From assembly GCF_001194135.2 (NCBI RefSeq), contig NC_068988.1, positions 8,071,744 through 8,128,841 of the forward strand: a DNA stretch of 57,098 bases. Reading direction: 5' to 3'. How positions within the stretch are numbered: position 1 is the first letter of the stretch; each line of letters starts with the position of its first letter. The DNA is from Octopus bimaculoides. Lineage: Eukaryota. This document shows positions 48,181-57,098 of the stretch, in pieces. The position numbers were made by a program, and so were the translations under genes. Below the pieces are notes generated by a model. The model was not told the DNA's origin and made no database searches. It worked only from the letters and a program-made list of their open reading frames with translations.

Positions 48181-48705
48181 CTTCAAGATCTAGAAGATTG
48201 CATTACATAGGGCGAGTAAAATCCACCTGACTGGCGTTCAAATTATTTTTTGCTACTCGATTTCACACCTGAAGATTGGTTCGAGGACAGGCCCTGGTTA
48301 AAGAGAATTTGCCAAGCTACCATGAAGTGGGAACGAACCTGGAACAACATGTTTACGAAGTGAAGTTTTTAACATGTTCAGCTATCCAAGCACCCATCTA
48401 CCACCACCACCACCACCACTACTTCTCACACACACGCATGCGCACAAACACATGCATACGTACGTGTGTATACATGTGCATGCAGGCCCAAACACAGATA
48501 TATGAGCACATATATGTGTGTGTATGTTAGTTTGTATGTGCGTATGTGTGTGTACATTTGTGGGGGCGGGGCGTGAGTGCGCACTCATGCTTGTGCGTGT
48601 GTGTGTGTGTGTGCTTCTGATAAATACCACCTTCCTATACCTATACATGCACGTATATATGTTAACGGGTGTATATATATAGATGTATAGAAACACACAA
48701 ACTCA

Positions 48706-48759
<54 letters not shown>

Positions 48760-49479
48760 NNNNNNNNNNNNNNNNNNNNNNNNNNNNNNNNNNNNNNNNN
48801 NNNNNNNNNNNNNNNNNNNNNNNNNNNNNNNNNNNNNNNNNNNNNNNNNNNNNNNNNNNNNNNNNNNNNNNNNNNNNNNNNNNNNNNNNNNNNNNNNNNN
48901 NNNNNNNNNNNNNNNNNNNNNNNNNNNNNNNNNNNNNNNNNNNNNNNNNNNNNNNNNNNNNNNNNNNNNNNNNNNNNNNNNNNNNNNNNNNNNNNNNNNN
49001 NNNNNNNNNNNNNNNNNNNNNNNNNNNNNNNNNNNNNNNNNNNNNNNNNNNNNNNNNNNNNNNNNNNNNNNNNNNNNNNNNNNNNNNNNNNNNNNNNNNN
49101 NNNNNNNNNNNNNNNNNNNNNNNNNNNNNNNNNNNNNNNNNNNNNNNNNNNNNNNNNNNNNNNNNNNNNNNNNNNNNNNNNNNNNNNNNNNNNNNNNNNN
49201 NNNNNNNNNNNNNNNNNNNNNNNNNNNNNNNNNNNNNNNNNNNNNNNNNNNNNNNNNNNNNNNNNNNNNNNNNNNNNNNNNNNNNNNNNNNNNNNNNNNN
49301 NNNNNNNNNNNNNNNNNNNNNNNNNNNNNNNNNNNNNNNNNNNNNNNNNNNNNNNNNNNNNNNNNNNNNNNNNNNNNNNNNNNNNNNNNNNNNNNNNNNN
49401 NNNNNNNNNNNNNNNNNNNNNNNNNNNNNNNNNNNNNNNNNNNNNNNNNNNNNNNNNNNNNNNNNNNNNNNNTATATAT

Positions 49480-49883
49480 ATAGGCGTGGGAGTGGCTCTG
49501 TGGTAAGTAGCATGCTTACCAACCACATGGTTCCGGGTTCAGCCCCACAGCGTGGCACCTTGGGCAAGTGTCTTCTATAGCCTCGGGCCGACCAAAGCCT
49601 TGTGACTGGATTTGGTAGATGTAAACTGAAAAAAGCCCGTCGTATATGTGTATATGCATGTGTGTGTATATGTTTGTGTGTCTGTGTTTTCCCCCCAACA
49701 GCGCTTAACAGCTGATGGTGGTGTGTTTACGTCCACGTAACTTAGCAGTTCGGCAAAAGAGACCGATAGAATAAGTACTAGGTTTACAAAAGAATAAGTC
49801 CTGGGGTCGATTTGCTCGACTAAAAGCGGTGCTTCAGCATGGCCGCAGTCAAATGACTGAAACAAGTAAAAGAGTAAAAGAGT
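49480..49883 (+). mobile_element. SINE family C, full length
   Basis: Collinear with 41266-41718. Confidence 0.9.
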
Positions 49884-49926
49884 ATACAAACATACATACA
49901 TACATACATACTTTGTTTCAATCATG

Positions 49927-50008
49927 TATTACTTGTTTCAGTCAATTGGCTGCGGCCATGCCGGAATGCCGCCTTCAAGACTTTTAGTCGAACAAATGGA
50001 CCCCCAAA
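49927..50008 (-). mobile_element. SINE family C tail, inverted against the preceding copy
   Basis: TACTTGTTTCAGTCAATTGGCTGCGGCCATG..TTTAGTCGAACAAATGGACCCC. Confidence 0.8.
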
Positions 50009-51012
50009 TATGAGAGTGGCTCAAAGTTAAATTCAGCAAATATGAGCTGGGTTTGAGTCAGTTCACAAAAAAAAGGTAAAGGTTGAAATACGTTACAAAA
50101 ACCAGTGTTACCTTGCCCGATATATTTATCCAGAAAAGGGACAGAGGTGGTGTTTTAAAAACAAATGGAGAAGGATCATTGAAATACGAGTCGCCTATAT
50201 ACGATTTGAATTGAGAGCAGCGGAATAAATACGGTAGGGAATTCAAATTCTACGACTCTTAAAATAAATGATTTCTAAAACTTCATTGGCCCCCAAATGC
50301 ATGAGACAGGAAAAACAAAATACCGAACTGGAACGCTTTCTATCATAAGTTTCCTCAAACAAAGACGATACGAGGATAAGCAACAATAAAATTAACATGT
50401 AAATGACCGACAAAATATGTATAAAAAATATAAACAACAAATTAAAATGATAATGATAATAATCAGTAAATTTATTTTAATCAATATATTTGATTGGTTT
50501 GTGTTTTTCAGTCGAGACTGACGGAAATGATGAGGGGGGAAAACGAAAGAAAGAAAGAAAGAAAGAAACAAACAAACAAACAAACAAACAAACAAAGAAG
50601 GAAAGAAAGAAAGACTGTAAGAAAGGAACTAATGATCAAAGACGAACTAACAACCAACTAACCTACTTTGGAGATAATTCGCAAAATTGAAAATGGCTTC
50701 CAGACAAAATTATATTTGTTTTTATTACGTTGTTATTGTGATTTATTTTTCTTATGATTTTCTTTTTTTTTTCTTTTTTGAAGGGCTCTTATTTTAAGGA
50801 GAAAAAGAAATACGTTTGATCAAAGTTAATATACTACAAACGTAGATTCCNNNNNNNNNNNNNNNNNNNNNNNNNNNNNNNNNNNNNNNNNNNNNNNNNN
50901 NNNNNNNNNNNNNNNNNNNNNNNNNNNNNNNNNNNNNNNNNNNNNNNNNNNNNNNNNNNNNNNNNNNNNNNNNNNNNNNNNNNNNNNNNNNNNNNNNNNN
51001 NNNNNNNNNNNN

Positions 51013-51077
<65 letters not shown>

Positions 51078-51364
51078 CTGTGTGTATATATGCATATATG
51101 TGTGTATGTATATATGCGTATATGCATATATGTATGTATATGTGTGTGTGTGTTTGCGTGTATTGTGTGTGTTGTATTTGTGAACGTGTGTGCGTGTGCG
51201 CGTGTATGTGTGTTTGTGTGTGTGTGTGTCTGCGTGCGTGTGCGTGTGTGTGCGAATGTGTATGTGTGTGTTGCGCTTAGGCATAGTAAGACTAATACCT
51301 TGGTATAGAATTCTATATTAGTAATAAAAAATGAGATGACAAAGCAATAGATAATCATCTTGTT

Positions 51365-51575
51365 AACTTCATTAGCTTACAGCCGTTTCTGCTATTAGAT
51401 GCGGAACACTCATAGCCGACAGCCTGAATGTAACGCCTTATAGAATTACATTTTTTCCTAAATAAATGGCACTTCATATTCGATGCTCCGGTGAAGCTAT
51501 ATGGTGTTACTCAGGCACTCAAATATAAGTCCACTGCATCTTATAGCGGAAACAGGTTTAAGCTAAACAAGCTTA
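51365..51575. ncRNA. Degenerate family H hammerhead copies: 3' half on - (51402-51365) and full on + (51484-51564)
   Basis: ATAGCAGAAACGGCTGTAAGCTAATGAA (-) and CCGGTGA-AGCTATA..TATAGC-GGAAACAGGTTTAAGCT (+) align to 31817-31905. Confidence 0.45.
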
Positions 51576-51758
51576 TAAGATAATCGTTTATTCCTTTGTC
51601 ATTCATCTCATTTTCTTGTGTGCGCGTGCGCGTGCGCGTGTATATGTATCTGTGTCTGTATGTGTATGTATTATACATATACATAAATATATTATATATA
51701 CATGCATACATACATACCTACATATATGTGAGCATGTGTATGTACTTGTATGTATGTA

Positions 51759-51798
<40 letters not shown>

Positions 51799-52212
51799 NN
51801 NNNNNNNNNNNNNNNNNNNNNNNNNNNNNNNNNNNNNNNNNNNNNNNNNNNNNNNNNNNNNNNNNNNNNNNNNNNNNNNNNNNNNNNNNNNNNNNNNNNN
51901 NNNNNNNNNNNNNNNNNNNNNNNNNNNNNNNNNNNNNNNNNNNNNNNNNNNNNNNNNNNNNNNNNNNNNNNNNNNNNNNNNNNNNNNNNNNNNNNNNNNN
52001 NNNNNNNNNNNNNNNNNNNNNNNNNNNNNNNNNNNNNNNNNNNNNNNNNNNNNNNNNNNNNNNNNNNNNNNNNNNNNNNNNNNNNNNNNNNNNNNNNNNN
52101 NNNNNNNNNNNNNNNNNNNNNNNNNNNNNNNNNNNNNNNNNNNNNNNNNNNNNNNNNNNNNNNNNNNNNNNNNNNNNNNNNNNNNNNNNNNNNNNNNNNN
52201 NNNNNNNNNNNN

Positions 52213-52255
<43 letters not shown>

Positions 52256-52935
52256 TTTACCATTATTAATGAGAAGCAGAATCTGCTTTAATTTCTCTTA
52301 TCTCCATTCATTATTCTTTTTATTCCATCATCATCCTTCTTGATCAGCGTTAATTAAAGAGATATTAGGCTTTCTTTATTCTTTTACTGATTCCACTAAT
52401 TGGATGGCAAACTCTGCCAGTTCATCACCCCTCAAGCTGTTTATCTATATCGACTGCATTCCTTGTTTCCTCACTTCCCGTCAAAATCATGAACGCTTTA
52501 GGAGAGTTGCATACAAAGGGACGTAACTAGAACGTTAAAAGCCGGAACAAAATACAATAAAGTAACATAGTTGAACGTAATAAATATGTGTTTGTATAAG
52601 TGTATGTGGACATATAAGTGTGTCTGTGTATGTATGTGTGTGTCCATACGCACACAGATACATGCATAGATACACACATTTATATGTATGTATATACGGT
52701 GGTTGTCTACTCCTTATGCAGACTCTGCCCCTCTCTTGTACTTACACCTTAGACCCGTCATGGCGTCTGATGTGGCTTTTTTAAATCAGACAGTGTATTG
52801 AAAAGACACCCACATAGAGTTGCATATCTCACTTGGCCCACCAAAAGCTGCAGTTAAGTTCTGATCTTTGTGGCTCTTAAAATATCTTTTGAGGCCTTCG
52901 TTAGATTTGCAGACCTTGCAATGAAAGTTGTGCAC

Positions 52936-52970
<35 letters not shown>

Positions 52971-54083
52971 NNNNNNNNNNNNNNNNNNNNNNNNNNNNNN
53001 NNNNNNNNNNNNNNNNNNNNNNNNNNNNNNNNNNNNNNNNNNNNNNNNNNNNNNNNNNNNNNNNNNNNNNNNNNNNNNNNNNNNNNNNNNNNNNNNNNNN
53101 NNNNNNNNNNNNNNNNNNNNNNNNNNNNNNNNNNNNNNNNNNNNNNNNNNNNNNNNNNNNNNNNNNNNNNNNNNNNNNNNNNNNNNNNNNNNNNNNNNNN
53201 NNNNNNNNNNNNNNNNNNNNNNNNNNNNNNNNNNNNNNNNNNNNNNNNNNNNNNNNNNNNNNNNNNNNNNNNNNNNNNNNNNNNNNNNNNNNNNNNNNNN
53301 NNNNNNNNNNNNNNNNNNNNNNNNNNNNNNNNNNNNNNNNNNNNNNNNNNNNNNNNNNNNNNNNNNNNNNNNNNNNNNNNNNNNNNNNNNNNNNNNNNNN
53401 NNNNNNNNNNNNNNNNNNNNNNNNNNNNNNNNNNNNNNNNNNNNNNNNNNNNNNNNNNNNNNNNNNNNNNNNNNNNNNNNNNNNNNNNNNNNNNNNNNNN
53501 NNNNNNNNNNNNNNNNNNNNNNNNNNNNNNNNNNNNNNNNNNNNNNNNNNNNNNNNNNNNNNNNNNNNNNNNNNNNNNNNNNNNNNNNNNNNNNNNNNNN
53601 NNNNNNNNNNNNNNNNNNNNNNNNNNNNNNNNNNNNNNNNNNNNNNNNNNNNNNNNNNNNNNNNNNNNNNNNNNNNNNNNNNNNNNNNNNNNNNNNNNNN
53701 NNNNNNNNNNNNNNNNNNNNNNNNNNNNNNNNNNNNNNNNNNNNNNNNNNNNNNNNNNNNNNNNNNNNNNNNNNNNNNNNNNNNNNNNNNNNNNNNNNNN
53801 NNNNNNNNNNNNNNNNNNNNNNNNNNNNNNNNNNNNNNNNNNNNNNNNNNNNNNNNNNNNNNNNNNNNNNNNNNNNNNNNNNNNNNNNATATATATATAT
53901 ATATATATAAATATTTGTTTCTATGATCAGTTATATTAAAACCAAATTTACGTTAATCTGGAGGGTTATTCCATACTTTTGCAGAGTTCAGATTTATTAT
54001 TCTTTAACAAGAACAGTATTCACTGTGACTTCACAGTTTCGGCCAACTAACTCATCGTGGGGCTATGCGTCGATGGCTTAGCT

Positions 54084-54566
54084 CAGAGGTTGGCAAACCG
54101 GGGCAAATTACCCCAAGTGGGGTAAAAATGAAATTCTTGGTGGGTAATGAGGACTCATTGGACATCAGTAAAATTATATAAAATACGTGTTATTTGTTAC
54201 GACAGAAATTTTCCTTCTGGCAACTCTGCATCTATCCAATGAAATGGGCGTGTTTTAGGTGACGTCACGCCATTTTGAACTACAAACGTTTTGGTTGCTA
54301 AGGTGTTGTCAACATCATTTCTCCAAAAACTGAAGTGAAAAAGTTTCTAGAAAAATCCTTTTGTTTCATAATGAGGATATTAATTTATTTTATCGCATTC
54401 GTTTTATACTTTTTATATTTATAATTGTATTCTCCATATAAATAGATTCAATAAACCTTTTGAATTCAAAGAATCTATGATTTTCTTCCTTTCAAACGAA
54501 GGACGTAACGGCGGTGTAAATAAATATATTTTGAGGTAATTGGTTAGAAAAGTTCCCCGACACCTG
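54084..54566. mobile_element. hAT-type MITE
   Basis: TIR-like CAGAGGTTGGCAAAC / GTTCCCCGACACCTG; 8-bp TSD-like GCTTAGCT / CTTTAGCT (6/8). Confidence 0.7.
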
Positions 54567-55400
54567 CTTTAGCTGGCCGAAACTGCGAATAATTCCCGCT
54601 GAAACTTCGAATTCCAAAGAAAAGCAACAAAAATGTATTAGGTTATAGCAGTACGTACGTTTCGTACAAGCTTCATTTATTTATGTAGTGAGAACACCAC
54701 ATAAGATGAGCAATGAAAATGAACTCCTCAGCTGCATAATGGAAGTTCATTTCAGAAAGCCATTTTGTAAATGTGTGCAAATACAAGAGTAGGAGATGAA
54801 GAAAATACCATCTTGACTGGGCTGTTAATCAACAGTCTAGTGAACCAAACAGGAATTTAATTTCTATAAATTCTATTTGTTCTTCTTTCTAGAAGGAGGG
54901 GTAAGATAGCAGTCATTTCAATTTAGAGGAAGGTATGTTAGGTAGTAGTAAGGGATGGCAGGTCAAGGGTAAATCAAGAAAGAGGAAAAAAGCGAGAAGA
55001 AAGGAAAAGAAAAAAACAAATATAAAAATAAAAATAAAAATGGAAGGACAATACCCTAAGGAGTGGCGAGAGGAAATTTAAGGTAAGAGAATTTAGGTCA
55101 AGATATTGAAAAATTAAAGGAAATTATTAAGAACATATCTATGTGTATTTAGAATAATTCAACAATCTAAAATATTAAAAAATTAAAACCATAGAGAACA
55201 TTTATAGTTAAATTAGAATAAGCTATACATTTATGTGGGGTAGCAGAAGAGAGATATTATTTATAAGAAAACCATATGGTTTTCTTATGGCCGGATAACT
55301 TAAGAGATGTTGGCGTGGGCTCCCACCCTGGCATCCGAAACTCGGAGTTTTATCATGGCTACTGAATAAGTGTCACATATTTTTACAGATATATATATAT

Positions 55401-55622
55401 TTATTATCCACAAGGGGCTTAACATAGAGGGGACAAACAAGGACAGACAAAGGGATTAAGTCGATTACATCAACCGCAGTGCGTAACTGGTACTTATTTA
55501 ATCGACCCCGAAAGGATGAAAGGCAAAGTAGACCTCAGCGGAATTTGAACTCAGAACGAAAGACAGACGAAATGCCGTTAAGTATTCCACCCAGCGTGCT
55601 AACGTTTCTGCCAGCTCGCCTT
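55401..55622 (-). mobile_element. SINE family A, near full length
   Basis: Collinear with 5937-6173. Confidence 0.9.
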
Positions 55623-55647
55623 ATATATATGTGTGTGTGTGTGTGTG

Positions 55648-55686
<39 letters not shown>

Positions 55687-55959
55687 ACAAACATAACGCT
55701 TACTCAAAGTGACCCGCAGTGATTGAACTGGAACCACGCGGTTTCGAAGCTATCTTCATGACCACATAGCCCCACCCCTCATATCGCACTAAACACTGAG
55801 AATATGCAACTAGAAAATTCTTGCGAAGCAAATTTGGGATTAAAAGAAAATTCACAAAAATTTCAACAAAAATTTCTCCAGAAATCTATAAATGAGATTT
55901 GGGAGGAAGTTTGTCCACCTTGGAATATTTTTCAGGTTGTATCGTTATGAGATTGCTCT

Positions 55960-56074
55960 TCTTTGAAGTTATTGTTGTTGCAATTGATGTTGTTGTTCTT
56001 GTTGTTCTTTTTCTTCTTCTTCTTCTTCTTCTTCTCTTTCTTCTTCTTCTTCTTCTTCTTCTTCTCTTTCTTCT

Positions 56075-56121
<47 letters not shown>

Positions 56122-56885
56122 TTCTTCTCTTTCTTCTTCTTCTTCTTCTTCTTCTTCTTCTTCTTCTTCTTCTTCTTCTTCTTCTTCTTCTTCTTCTTCT
56201 TCNNNNNNNNNNNNNNNNNNNNNNNNNNNNNNNNNNNNNNNNNNNNNNNNNNNNNNNNNNNNNNNNNNNNNNNNNNNNNNNNNNNNNNNNNNNNNNNNNN
56301 NNNNNNNNNNNNNNNNNNNNNNNNNNNNNNNNNNNNNNNNNNNNNNNNNNNNNNNNNNNNNNNNNNNNNNNNNNNNNNNNNNNNNNNNCCCCCCCTCCCC
56401 ATTTACACCACCATCCCGTTCTATCTTCGCGACGAGCACTGTCGTCATCGCCATCAGCAGCAGCAGCCACACCACATCCTCCGTCTTCACCACCACCACC
56501 ACCACCACCATCATCAGCATCATAGCCACCACCATGACCACCACATCTACCATCATCTACCATCACCGCCACCACCCTCATCATTATCATCCTCACGACT
56601 GTTATCACCAACACTGTTATCGCTACCACCACCACCAACCACTAACAACAACACCAATACCATCACCACTACTCCCATCAGCAACATTAGTACCATCATG
56701 ACCACCACCGCCGTCATCATCATCATCATCATCATCACTCCTGCCATCTACGACCACCACCAACACCATTATCATCAGCGTTACCGCTTTCACCATGCCT
56801 CCATCATCGTCATGACAGCATCATCGTCATGACAGCATCATCATCATCGTCATCGTTTTCGTCTTCATCGTCGTCGACGTCACCG

Positions 56886-56916
<31 letters not shown>

Positions 56917-57098
56917 TGTCGTCGTCATCATCGTCATCGCCATCATCATCATCATCACAACCACCACAAACAATACCCTACCACCACCACCACCACCACT
57001 ACCACCACCCATCACTACCACCACCGCTACCACCACCACCATCACGACCACCATCACTACCACCACCACCTTTACTACCACCACCAATTACTACCACC
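55960..57098. repeat. Trinucleotide mosaic: (GTT)/(CTT)n, gap, then about 700 bp of CAC/CAT/ACC/TCA mosaic
   Basis: Directly visible; includes a 17-nt exact tandem CATCATCGTCATGACAG near 56803-56836. Confidence 0.9.

Noticed and set aside
553-57087. Long ORFs in the track (poly-X, poly-CV/HT/YI/N/E/K/L)
   Set aside because: They are translations of N-gaps and di/trinucleotide microsatellites; no domain content
56389-57098. His/Thr/Pro-rich ORFs (55963-56832 etc.) as a metal-binding or mucin-like gene
   Set aside because: All frames are open because of a CAC/CAT/ACC mosaic microsatellite; no splice or start context

Overview
Eukaryotic, repeat-saturated, AT-rich DNA with 23 N-gaps (about 9.8 kb, about 17%), most of them bordered by microsatellites. 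The microsatellite density and SINE repertoire suggest a coleoid cephalopod, most likely Octopus (inference, no database search). No host protein-coding gene can be supported. Nearly all ORFs in the track are microsatellite or N-gap artefacts. The only convincing coding remnants are decayed transposons: R4/Dong-clade RLE retrotransposon 3' ends beside (TAA)n, a Penelope-like element (RT thumb + GIY-YIG), CR1-like LINE 3' ends and a mariner transposase 5' half. There are also many tRNA-derived SINEs, several MITEs and one promoter-like motif cluster with a splice donor (about 15.98-16.22 kb). The main observation is a set of type I hammerhead-ribozyme (HHR) folds with palindromic stem III in about six apparently unrelated repeat families. 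These include an about 330-bp tandem repeat with one HHR per full unit (non-LTR retrozyme-like, 27.5-28.3 kb) and a tRNA-headed SINE-like element ending in an HHR with an intact core (36.0-36.3 kb). All folds were derived by hand; none has been tested computationally or experimentally.
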